From Nanohaloarchaea archaeon B1-Br10_U2g21 (GTDB taxonomy: Archaea > Nanohalarchaeota > Nanosalinia > Nanosalinales > Nanosalinaceae), in the NCBI GenBank assembly GCA_001563915.1, contig LKMP01000002.1, positions 1 to 64,000 on the forward strand: a stretch of 64,000 nucleotides of DNA. The letters are read 5' to 3'. How positions within the stretch are numbered: the first letter of the stretch is position 1; each line of letters starts with the position of its first letter. The translations under genes were made by a program, and so were the position numbers. The notes under the pieces are model-generated. The model was not told the DNA's origin. It saw nothing but the letters and a program-made list of their open reading frames with translations, and did not search any database. This document shows, in pieces, positions 9,778 to 18,068 of this stretch.

Positions 9778-10428
9778 TTGAATCAGTATTTTTGGACTGT
9801 GTTACCTCTGAAAAACAGGGAAGATGCGGGAGAAAAGCTGAGAAGGCTAGTCTTAGATACAGAGGATTCTTTTGATGTATTTCTAGGAATAAATGAAGGC
9901 GGCGTCGTAGTAGGTGAAAAAATAGCTCGCGCCTTTAATAGACAAATAAACCTTGTGAAGGTCAAAAATTTTGGATTGCCTTCAGCCCCAACTCTAGATC
10001 TAGGAGCAGTAACAGATGAAGGTACTTTAAGTATTAACCCTGAAGTTGAAAGCGCAGTAACAGTTAAACCTGATTATGTAGCTGAAGTAGCTGATAAAAA
10101 AAGGTTTGAAGCCCGGAAATGTTATAGTAAGTATTGTAAAGGTCTTAAAAGACCTAGTTTGAAAAAAAGAGAGGTTTTTATTGTCGGAGATGGATCTCAA
10201 AGTATTTCAGCTTTAACAGCTGTTGTAGGTTATGCGAAAAAATCAGGCGCGTCAAAAATATGTCTAGGTACTTCGTTCTTATCGCACCAAGATATGGAGC
10301 TTCTCTCAAAATTAACAGATTCAGTAGTGGCTATTGAGAGTTCTAACTCATTTGGTTCAGTAGATGATTTTTACAGAGAATTAAGACCTCTGGATAAAGA
10401 AATAATGTCTGATATATTAGTCCAGTGA
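9778..10428 (+). CDS. Phosphoribosyltransferase-family protein (degenerate)
   Basis: NREDAGEKL, LGINEGGVVVG, LGAVTDEG, FGSVDDFYREL match the family, but the PRPP loop is altered. Confidence 0.7.
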   Translation: MNQYFWTVLPLKNREDAGEKLRRLVLDTEDSFDVFLGINEGGVVVGEKIARAFNRQINLVKVKNFGLPSAPTLDLGAVTDEGTLSINPEVESAVTVKPDYVAEVADKKRFEARKCYSKYCKGLKRPSLKKREVFIVGDGSQSISALTAVVGYAKKSGASKICLGTSFLSHQDMELLSKLTDSVVAIESSNSFGSVDDFYRELRPLDKEIMSDILVQ

Positions 10429-10470
10429 AAGCTAAGTAATAAAAAAGAAGGAAAATACGGAAGAGATGGC

Positions 10471-10614
10471 CTACTTTCCCGGCATATTTAAAATATTTAA
10501 TACCGCCCCTGCTGAGTAAGGTAGCCTAGCTCTATCGATCTGATAGATATTTAACTCATCTCCAACCGTCTGTGCTTCTAGCTCTGCCTCAAAAAGTCGT
10601 TTGTTTGCGTCAAT
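10471..10614 (-). CDS. Putative 47-aa small protein with non-canonical ATT start
   Basis: GGTGAGGTGA SD at 10621-10630, open frame IDANKRLFEAELEAQ...MPGK, followed by a T-rich terminator-like tract. Confidence 0.4.
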   Translation of the reverse strand: MDANKRLFEAELEAQTVGDELNIYQIDRARLPYSAGAVLNILNMPGK

Positions 10615-10744
10615 AATCGTTCACCTCACCTTCAACCTCTGCTCACCATCCGATTTTCAAGCCAGATGAATTTGCTGGATAAAGAATAGATTATAGCTAA
10701 TTAATAAGGTTATTATAATGCCAGACATGCAAAAAATTGTACCT

Positions 10745-11248
10745 TTAGGCCTCAAGTTTGTCCCAGAGTCTAATTAACTCTGTGTAAAGTAATACTGCCG
10801 CAGGAAGAAAGATGAGCAAGATTATACCTTCTAGAGAACTAAGGAATGCTACTAAGAATCCTAGTAACGGTACTGTGAGCATCTCTACTCTAAAAGCATT
10901 AGAGTCACTAAGCCATATGGCGCCTTCACCATCAGCATCTCTAACGTTTAATTCTCTTTCGCCATCTTCAACTCTATCATCTAGCACTGTACGTGTTAAA
11001 ATTTCTCTTTCTCCTGTTTCTTCATTCTCATGAATAAACGAGGCCGTGCTTCCAGGTCTAACTTGATATTCTGTACCTGATTGCATGAAAACAAGCGTTC
11101 CTGAAGATATTCCATTTAGATCATCTCCAGATGCTACAAAGCTATTTGAAGCTCCTATAACATGTGGGAATTGATAAAAAAATAGCACCACTATTGAGAT
11201 AACTAATACGCTTCCAGCTGCTTTTCGATAGCCTCCTGTGAAATTCAT
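10745..11248 (-). CDS. SipW/Sec11-type signal peptidase I homolog lacking catalytic residues
   Basis: N-terminal TM plus PHVIGA, box B region VASGDD, VRPGSTASF, LTRTV, and C-terminal TVPLLGFLV...LIFLPAAVLLYTE typical of SipW. Confidence 0.65.
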   Translation of the reverse strand: MNFTGGYRKAAGSVLVISIVVLFFYQFPHVIGASNSFVASGDDLNGISSGTLVFMQSGTEYQVRPGSTASFIHENEETGEREILTRTVLDDRVEDGERELNVRDADGEGAIWLSDSNAFRVEMLTVPLLGFLVAFLSSLEGIILLIFLPAAVLLYTELIRLWDKLEA

Positions 11249-11269
11249 TATAATCCCTCTTAACATGTT

Positions 11270-11333
11270 AGAAGAAAGAAAGAAAGGTAGAGCTCAAGAA
11301 GTCTCGTACCGCACCAGACTCCTCTTATTGCTC
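11270..11333 (-). terminator. Stem-loop plus pyrimidine tract after the K/D-rich gene
   Basis: Minus-strand GAGGAGUCU/AGACUUCUU 9-bp stem followed by CUUUCUUUCUUUCUUC. Confidence 0.5.
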
Positions 11334-11335
11334 AT

Positions 11336-12121
11336 TTAGTAACCTTTCTTGTCTTTCTTATCGTCCTTCTTGTCGTCTTCCTTCTTGTCGTCTTCCTTCT
11401 TCTCTTCTTCTACTTTCTCGTCCTTCTTGTCTTGTTCTTTCTTCTTGTCCTTCTTCTCTTCTTCTACCTTCTTGTCTTCGTCAGATACCTTCTTGTCCTT
11501 CTCTTTGTCATCTACGTGCTTTCCTTCTTCGTAGGACTTCTTGTCATCTGAGTCTTTGCTGCTCTTGTCTGTCTTAGATTCTTTCTTATCGGATGAAGAA
11601 TCCTTTGAGTCATGTTTCTGTGTGTAGTCACTCTTGTCTACGTCATCCCATTCACGTTCGATGTGGATGCTCTCAGATCCAGCTCTCTGGCTGAATTCGG
11701 ACTTGTCAAGCTTCTTCATTAGCTGATCGACAGCTTTCTTCTCGTGCTTGTACATGTCCTTATACTCATCTACCTTCTTCTCAGCAGATTCGTACTTGTT
11801 CTTGTACTGATCTAGCTTATGCTTCTTGTCACTGTACTTACTCTTGTAATCACTTTTCTCATACTTCTTCTTCTCATAACTGTCCTCGAACTTCTTCCTG
11901 TCTTCCTCTAACTTAGTGACCTTATCTCTTTTCTCATCTACTTGCTTGTCATGATCCTTCTTCATGTCCTTCTGCTTGTCCTTCATGTCATGGAAGTTCG
12001 CTTTGTAGTAGTCCTTGTCCTTGTCAGATGTGTCTTGGAACTGGCTACCCGCAGTTGCTAGACCTGCAAGGCCTATAACGAGACCTATAACGACTATTGA
12101 GACTGTAACTTGTTTATTCAT
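11336..12121 (-). CDS. Secreted Lys/Asp-rich coiled-coil protein with SipW-cognate-like signal peptide
   Basis: GGAGGTGA SD 5 nt before ATG 12121, hydrophobic VSIVVIGLVIGLAGLATAG then FQDT, and a K/D/E-dominated body. Confidence 0.85.
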   Translation of the reverse strand: MNKQVTVSIVVIGLVIGLAGLATAGSQFQDTSDKDKDYYKANFHDMKDKQKDMKKDHDKQVDEKRDKVTKLEEDRKKFEDSYEKKKYEKSDYKSKYSDKKHKLDQYKNKYESAEKKVDEYKDMYKHEKKAVDQLMKKLDKSEFSQRAGSESIHIEREWDDVDKSDYTQKHDSKDSSSDKKESKTDKSSKDSDDKKSYEEGKHVDDKEKDKKVSDEDKKVEEEKKDKKKEQDKKDEKVEEEKKEDDKKEDDKKDDKKDKKGY

Positions 12122-12473
12122 TATATTCACCTCCCTATAATTGAAACCTGTTTTTAGCGATATTCACAGGTAAACGCTGGGGATCATTGCCCCCGTAGCT
12201 CGATTTTACGAAAAACAAATTCCTTATATGCGGATTAAGACGGCAAAAAATGTTTTGCAACAGCCTATTAATTTTCTGAAGTCTTTTCAGATCATTTTTG
12301 TTACTTAACATTGACTGAATCAGTCCTTCATCCCCCATGGCCAGAAATTACTCGAGGATTTATAATATCTTTATTACAGAAACAAGCTTATTAGAGAGCT
12401 CTATATTGCGAATAATCTTGATACAATCAATTAAATATGGTTCAAATAGCTCTAAGAAAACTATAGTATTTTT

Positions 12474-12797
12474 TCACATGTTTTCAGATAGATTATTGCC
12501 TCTTTCTCCCAATTTTCGTTGTTGCTTTTCTACTTCTCTGTAGGCACTTGATAGTGGATCCACTATATCACGTCCTCCTTCAGTGAAAGTCACTATCTTT
12601 TTCCTCCCTTTAGGCTCAAACTGTACTAACTCATAGTCTTTCATTCTATTCAAAACCTTCACTGTATGAGCATAAGTTGCTCCTACATCCTTTGAGAGCT
12701 TTCGAGCATAGCTTTCATCTCTGCCTGCAACGTTAATCATAATTCGGACAGGTTTTACCTTGAAAAAAAGTTTCTCAATCTCATTATCACTTTCCAT
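12474..12797 (-). CDS. Winged-helix (MarR-like) transcriptional regulator
   Basis: YARKLSKDVGATYAHTVKVLNRM HTH and KGRKK wing. Confidence 0.8.
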   Translation of the reverse strand: MESDNEIEKLFFKVKPVRIMINVAGRDESYARKLSKDVGATYAHTVKVLNRMKDYELVQFEPKGRKKIVTFTEGGRDIVDPLSSAYREVEKQQRKLGERGNNLSENM

Positions 12798-12888
12798 CTG
12801 CACAACCACAATAAACCCTATTCAGCCTTATTAATAGAGTTATAAATTCTAGAATATAATAAAAAAAGTTCAAAAAATGGCATTTATT

Positions 12889-13170
12889 TTAACTCCATCT
12901 ATCCCCTCCCTCCAATTTTTCTAACAGCTCCATGAAGTGATCAGCGTACTCTTGTCCTTTCTCGGTAAGCACCAAGATCTTTTTTCTACCCTTTTTTTCA
13001 GTTTCTATGATCCCCTTCTCTTCAAAACAAGAAGTAATCTTCACTGTATGTGCGTACGTAGTGTCAATCTTTTTTGAGATGAGACTGCAATAAACATCCT
13101 CTCTATTTTGTCTAATAGTGACTAACGCTAGCACTGGCTTTTCCTTCAGGAAAAAACTTTTTTCATTCAT
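12889..13170 (-). CDS. Winged-helix (MarR-like) regulator, paralog of the preceding gene
   Basis: YCSLISKKIDTTYAHTVKI HTH, KGRKK wing, GAGGTGG SD. Confidence 0.8.
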   Translation of the reverse strand: MNEKSFFLKEKPVLALVTIRQNREDVYCSLISKKIDTTYAHTVKITSCFEEKGIIETEKKGRKKILVLTEKGQEYADHFMELLEKLEGGDRWS

Positions 13171-13172
13171 CA

Positions 13173-13460
13173 CTAAGCCACCTCTCCTGAAACACCTCTA
13201 TCTAGCCGTTCATAAAATTCGTCGAAAACCACACCCTCATCGTTCAAACGATGACCAATTCTTAAACTGTAACGACCTCCCGGCGCCACATCAGTATATT
13301 TACTCATATTGAAGACGGTAGAACAGTCTATTAAGCCCTCTAAAACACTTATTACTCTCGAATTCATTTCATAATCTACTTGATATGTAGAGCGTCTATT
13401 CGCTTCTTCGGAAGCATGCATAGCTCTTGACTCAAGATCAAAGTAGCAGTATTCTAACAA
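13173..13460 (-). CDS. Hypothetical protein (start uncertain)
   Basis: 95-aa ORF whose 3' end abuts, and contains the SD of, the downstream regulator. Confidence 0.5.
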   Translation of the reverse strand: MLEYCYFDLESRAMHASEEANRRSTYQVDYEMNSRVISVLEGLIDCSTVFNMSKYTDVAPGGRYSLRIGHRLNDEGVVFDEFYERLDRGVSGEVA

Positions 13461-13842
13461 GCAGGGATCTCCTCCATTGAATAGTTATTAGATTTTGAAC
13501 CTAACCTTCTATATACATCATAGATAGTGCTAAACTGAATTGCTATCATATAATTCACGCATACGACTATGAATGAGTCCCATATTCTTAAAGGTCTATA
13601 TAATGCAGTATATAGTTAAACAAACTCAATAGAAAACTGTTTAAACTAATATAGACAACAGTAAAATGCTTAGATATTCTCTAAATCTCAAATACATACT
13701 TTATCATAGACATTAGTTACTCTTCGACAACAAACCAAGAAAACCTCTTCTTTCGGCGAGAGATGAAAAAACTCCATTGATCCAATACTTAAATTTTGGC
13801 CCCCTCAAACAATTTGTACCCTGCCATAAAAGAAGGTTTTAT

Positions 13843-13916
13843 CCCGGCTTAGCTCAGCCTGGCAGAGCGGCCGACTGTAGATCGGCTTGTCCCAGGTTCA
13901 AATCCTGGAGCCGGGA
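13843..13916 (+). tRNA. tRNA-Tyr(GTA)
   Basis: CCCGGCT/AGCCGGG acceptor with archaeal C1-G72, GCCGA-CTGTAGA-TCGGC anticodon arm. Confidence 0.95.
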
Positions 13917-14153
13917 AACCTTCACGCTTTCTCAATCTCTGCCTGCTCCGTAACTAACAGCACAGAACCTCTTTTTAGCCACCGACATGACTCTCCAAGC
14001 TAAAGATTCATACTAGCAAAAACATTAAGGCATCATTTAACCAAATAAACTCCTTCACCAAGGTTAGTAAGAAGATTTGGGCCTGACTTCGTACTGAGTT
14101 CGGAAAACCTGCTTTAAAAAGAAAACCTAGTACTTTGACAGAGGTGACTCGAC

Positions 14154-14309
14154 TTGAACTCTGCCCAAACAATGACTATGAAAAAGAAGCCTGAAAAACT
14201 CGGAACCTGCATCATCTGCGGTGAAATGGTCTTTACCAATGACGACTATCTTAAAGCTACAGAAGGCCACACGCATCACAGCTGCATAGCCAAAACAGAG
14301 GCCTTTTGA
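14154..14309 (+). CDS. Small zinc-finger protein (CIICG...HHSC), 45-51 aa
   Basis: GAGGTGA 6 nt before an in-frame TTG at 14154 (alternative ATG at 14172), CxxC plus HxxC ligands, TTTAAAAA upstream. Confidence 0.75.
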   Translation: MNSAQTMTMKKKPEKLGTCIICGEMVFTNDDYLKATEGHTHHSCIAKTEAF

Positions 14310-14460
14310 GGGCCATTCAAATCTTTTTCTTTCTATTACGGATAAAATTCAGCCCTGTCTTATATTTATGAAGTATGAGTCCATATTCCCCCTCTCTTTA
14401 TTTAAGACAAGGCCTAATTTATTGGTATAAACAGATAAATCCAATGACCCTGATCATAGA

Positions 14461-14754
14461 ATGCAGAACTTTGAGAAAATACTCTGGTGGCTTATCGGCG
14501 GAACAAGAGGAGGTAAAAACAGATTGAGAATCATAATGACTTTAGATGAGCAACCTATGAATGCAAATCAGCTATCAGAAGACCTTGATCTTGATTACAA
14601 AACAGTTCAGCATCATCTCAGGTTGATGGAAAAGCATCATGTGATAACTACGATGGGAGAAGGCTACGGCAAGAACTATTTTTTAACGGATCAAATGGAA
14701 GCAAATCTTGATAAGTTAAAAGACATAGCCGATAAGTCTGGAGTGGAAATATGA
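14461..14754 (+). CDS. ArsR-family winged-helix regulator (WWLIGGTRGG type)
   Basis: ILWWLIGGTRGGKNRLRII, PMNANQLSEDLDLDYKTVQHHL. Confidence 0.88.
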   Translation: MQNFEKILWWLIGGTRGGKNRLRIIMTLDEQPMNANQLSEDLDLDYKTVQHHLRLMEKHHVITTMGEGYGKNYFLTDQMEANLDKLKDIADKSGVEI

Positions 14755-15161
14755 AATACGGCGATAAACTAAAAGAGAACCTGAACAGTTTCAACATTAC
14801 AATTGCCACAGGCATGATAATAGCTGCAATAACCGCTTACGTTGCAACCAACACTTTTTTCGTAGCTAGCCCGCTCTTAGAAAATGTTTTAGTAGCTAAA
14901 GTAGTTTTTACATCTTTTAATATCGTAATACTTTCAGCACTAACATACAATTACCTCAAAATATACCGCGAAGTACCCACCTCAATGTCAAGAGGCTTAG
15001 CAATTTTTAGCGCCGCACTACTACTATATGCAGTTACAGCTAGCCCTATACTCCACTTATTAGCAGGTTTTGAAGGTATAACTATAGGCGTTTTTACATA
15101 TGTGCCTGATATGTTTGTGACTATAGCTGGAACAATCATACTCTACGAAAGTTACAAGTAG
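14751..15161 (+). CDS. Four-TM membrane protein coupled to the ArsR regulator
   Basis: ATGA overlap with the upstream gene and four hydrophobic segments. Confidence 0.75.
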   Translation: MKYGDKLKENLNSFNITIATGMIIAAITAYVATNTFFVASPLLENVLVAKVVFTSFNIVILSALTYNYLKIYREVPTSMSRGLAIFSAALLLYAVTASPILHLLAGFEGITIGVFTYVPDMFVTIAGTIILYESYK

Positions 15162-15267
15162 AGGCATTAAAAATCAGATCTTTTTCTTCTGCATCATGTC
15201 TCAGAATTTCCAGAATCTTATTGATCTAAACATCGCTAAATAAAAAAATAGAAAAGTAATTGAATCC

Positions 15268-15837
15268 ATGGAGTTCCAGGACAAATACGCCGATTTCTTT
15301 GAAACGGTACATCCTGACTATTTTGATCAGAAACTATTCGTACCAGGATTTGGATGTGAAGAGTCAAAATATGCGTTAATAGGTGAAGCGCCTGGCGCTA
15401 ACGAAGTAAAACAGGGCAAACCCTTTGTAGGTCGAGCAGGGAAAAGACTTGACGAAATACTCTCTAATATAGGAGTAAAACGTTCTGAACTCTATATAAC
15501 CAACTTAGTTAAAGTACGCCCTCCTAACAATCGCAACCCAACAAAGAAAGAAATAGCTGCATGGGCCCCACTACTGAGAGAAGAAATAGACTCAGTTAAA
15601 CCTGAAATAATCATAACTCTAGGCAACTTTGCTTCTCGTCAGATGCTTGACACCAGCAAAGGTATTTCACAGATTCACGGCCGAATCTTTACAAGAGAAG
15701 GTCTTAAAATCATGCCAACTTATCATCCTGCAGCAACACTTTATGACAGAAGTAAAGGTCCTGAACTTGAGAAAGATTTGAGAAAGGCCTTTCAAAAAGA
15801 AGAATCTGGACAGAGAAAGCTAGATGATCTAACCTAG
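15268..15837 (+). CDS. udg: Family 4 uracil-DNA glycosylase
   Basis: GEAPGANE, PFVGRAG, RPPNNRNP, TYHPAA. Confidence 0.9.
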   Translation: MEFQDKYADFFETVHPDYFDQKLFVPGFGCEESKYALIGEAPGANEVKQGKPFVGRAGKRLDEILSNIGVKRSELYITNLVKVRPPNNRNPTKKEIAAWAPLLREEIDSVKPEIIITLGNFASRQMLDTSKGISQIHGRIFTREGLKIMPTYHPAATLYDRSKGPELEKDLRKAFQKEESGQRKLDDLT

Positions 15838-16395
15838 TTCTGACTGATCTACTCTATTGAGGCCTGACTGTTCCGCATATTTTTCCAAAGACTCTGCAGC
15901 ACAGTTAGTATATCTCTCAGGATATTGGTTGATGTCTTCAAGAATTGAATTTACAGCTCTATACTCTGCATAAGCCACCTCGTCTGCTAGCTCTAAATCA
16001 TAGTTTTGCGTTGTAGAAAATACTGTAACATTCTGAGGATTATCTTCACAATCTTTAGTAAAACTGAATTCGTATTCTAACTCAGGTTTGAATGGAAGTT
16101 GTTCAGGCTCACAATTGTAAAGTTCTTCAGCATATTCTCTAATGGCTGCACACTCATAGCTTTCTCCTAGTTGAACGTGCCCAGCAGTTATTTCATATAA
16201 ACCTGGTTTTCTATTTTTGTCTTCAGACCTTTTCTGTATAAGTACATGCTCCTTTTTTCTGGATTTGAAGCTTAGAATTGAAACAGCCCTGCTTCTCCGC
16301 CCTTTTCTAGCACTAATAGTATTACGAGACATCTTCCCTACGATATTATCTTTTTTATCAACTACTGGAATCATCTCTTCATGTTCTTGACTCAT
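15829..16395 (-). CDS. NUDIX hydrolase (IPP isomerase/YfcD-like)
   Basis: IQKRSEDK..PGLYEITAGHVQLGESYECAAIREYAEEL Nudix box. Confidence 0.8.
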   Translation of the reverse strand: MSQEHEEMIPVVDKKDNIVGKMSRNTISARKGRRSRAVSILSFKSRKKEHVLIQKRSEDKNRKPGLYEITAGHVQLGESYECAAIREYAEELYNCEPEQLPFKPELEYEFSFTKDCEDNPQNVTVFSTTQNYDLELADEVAYAEYRAVNSILEDINQYPERYTNCAAESLEKYAEQSGLNRVDQSELG

Positions 16396-16474
16396 ATTAT
16401 AACGTAATACTAAGTATTACGATTTGCTTTTATAGGTTGTCCTTACTAAAAAATGACTTCCCCCACCTATAAAC

Positions 16475-17350
16475 GTGGAAAAATATAAAGAAATAATTCC
16501 TGAGTACAAAGCCTTTCAAAAAGAAGTCGAGAAAGATCCAGTTGCATCAGTAAGAAGAAACAACCTCAAAGCAAGACCCGACTTTGAAGAAAAATTGGCG
16601 AAAGATTTCGAAGTTGAAAAATCGAGCTGGAACAAAGATGTATACAGACTGGGCAGAATTGACAATCCCGGAACTTCAATGCTTCACTGGCGCGGCGAAT
16701 ACTACGTACAGGAAGAATCAGCAACAGCACCTGTCGAAATTCTTAACCCTAAGCCAGGAGACCATGTACTTGATACATGTAGCGCTCCAGGCGGAAAAAC
16801 CACTCAAATAGCTGATAAAATAAACAATACCGGTATAGTAGTAGCGAATGAAAAATCTGGACAGAGGATGAAGAGTCTACACGCCAACGTATATAGGACC
16901 GGAGCATTTTCAGCGAACACATTGAACCTTGATGGCAGAAGAATACCTGAAGACACAGAATACGATAAAGTCTTAGTAGACGCACCTTGTAGTGGTGAAG
17001 GAAACAACTGCCGTAGAAAAGAAAAAGCAGCCAGCGAACAGCAGACAAAAGACATCTCAAAACTACAGGTAGACCTCTTGAAAAAAGCCTTAAACCTAGT
17101 AAAGCCTAGAGGCACATTAGTCTACTCAACATGTACTTTCTCACCTTGGGAGAACGAACAAGTCGTCTCAAAAGCTTTAAATGACACAACATCATTAGAA
17201 AGAATTAAATTAGATTTCAACCACTGTAGAGGCTTAGAAAGTTTTGAAGGCGAAGAATTCGGCAGCGAAATGGATAAAACCGTTAGAATTTACCCTCATC
17301 ATTTGAAATCAGGTGGCATGTATGTCGCAAAATTCAGAAAAAAAAGTTAA
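16475..17350 (+). CDS. RsmB/NOP2 family RNA m5C methyltransferase
   Basis: YYVQE, DTCSAPGGKT, DAPCSGEG, YSTCT. Confidence 0.93.
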   Translation: MEKYKEIIPEYKAFQKEVEKDPVASVRRNNLKARPDFEEKLAKDFEVEKSSWNKDVYRLGRIDNPGTSMLHWRGEYYVQEESATAPVEILNPKPGDHVLDTCSAPGGKTTQIADKINNTGIVVANEKSGQRMKSLHANVYRTGAFSANTLNLDGRRIPEDTEYDKVLVDAPCSGEGNNCRRKEKAASEQQTKDISKLQVDLLKKALNLVKPRGTLVYSTCTFSPWENEQVVSKALNDTTSLERIKLDFNHCRGLESFEGEEFGSEMDKTVRIYPHHLKSGGMYVAKFRKKS

Positions 17351-17732
17351 AAAATACCTAAAGAAGAGATTTGGAATAGAACCTGAAGGAGAATTTTACT
17401 ATAACGGAGATTACTGGTTCTGTCGAGAACCTAACGACAAATATGAGACTAACGGAATTAGAGCTGTCAGAGACATGGACATAGGACTCAAACCTACAAC
17501 TTATTTTTTACAGCTTATAGGCTCTCAAATTGAGAAAAATAAAGTAGACTTAGACAAAAAAGAATTAGAGGCCTTACTTAATGGAGAAATGATTGAGAGA
17601 ACTCTGAATGAGAAAGGTTATGTAGCGCTATTCTATGAGACTCGCTGTATTGGATGCGGACTATACAAAGATGAATTAGTGTCAAGCAGAGTACCTAAAG
17701 GCCGTGGAAAAGAGTTTCTAGGATTTCTTTAG
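17322..17732 (+). CDS. NIP7/PUA-like partner of the m5C methyltransferase
   Basis: YLKKRFGI, KPTTYFLQLIG, GYVALFYETRCIGCG, RVPKGR; overlaps the MTase gene. Confidence 0.7.
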   Translation: MSQNSEKKVKKYLKKRFGIEPEGEFYYNGDYWFCREPNDKYETNGIRAVRDMDIGLKPTTYFLQLIGSQIEKNKVDLDKKELEALLNGEMIERTLNEKGYVALFYETRCIGCGLYKDELVSSRVPKGRGKEFLGFL

Positions 17733-17986
17733 CGGCTTTTATCAGCTATAGTCTCTGCAAGATATATTAGCATCATCAATCCTGTAGCCTGTGCTGCTAG
17801 AACGGTAGAATCAGTAGAAAATTCAAATAATGAATCTCCAAATCCTATATGCTCTTGAAGCAGGAAAAAGTTCATTCCTAATACAATAATGGTTGCTAAA
17901 TCAATTATAGTAGACTTCTCAAGATAACGTCCTAGCGAACCAAATATTCCTCCTTTATTATTGTTACCAAGGTCTAAACCTCCCAT
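17729..17986 (-). CDS. Small two-TM membrane protein
   Basis: Two hydrophobic segments in an 85-aa ORF. Confidence 0.6.
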   Translation of the reverse strand: MGGLDLGNNNKGGIFGSLGRYLEKSTIIDLATIIVLGMNFFLLQEHIGFGDSLFEFSTDSTVLAAQATGLMMLIYLAETIADKSR

Positions 17987-18068
17987 AGAATTAATATCTC
18001 ATTTCTGTTATTTAAACTCGACTCAACTCTTCAAACCCTTTATAAATTTTAACTCCGCGTCTGTAATT

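Noticed and set aside
11349-11534. S/F/L-rich antisense ORF and many similar shadow ORFs (e.g. 8764, 19743, 25531, 27505, 29421, 45199, 62621)
   Set aside because: They are antisense shadows of E/K/D-rich genes that have better-supported products on the other strand.
12140-12200. Fluoride riboswitch-like GGCAATGA in the leader
   Set aside because: The downstream pseudoknot partner and consensus are missing, and no crcB-type gene is adjacent.
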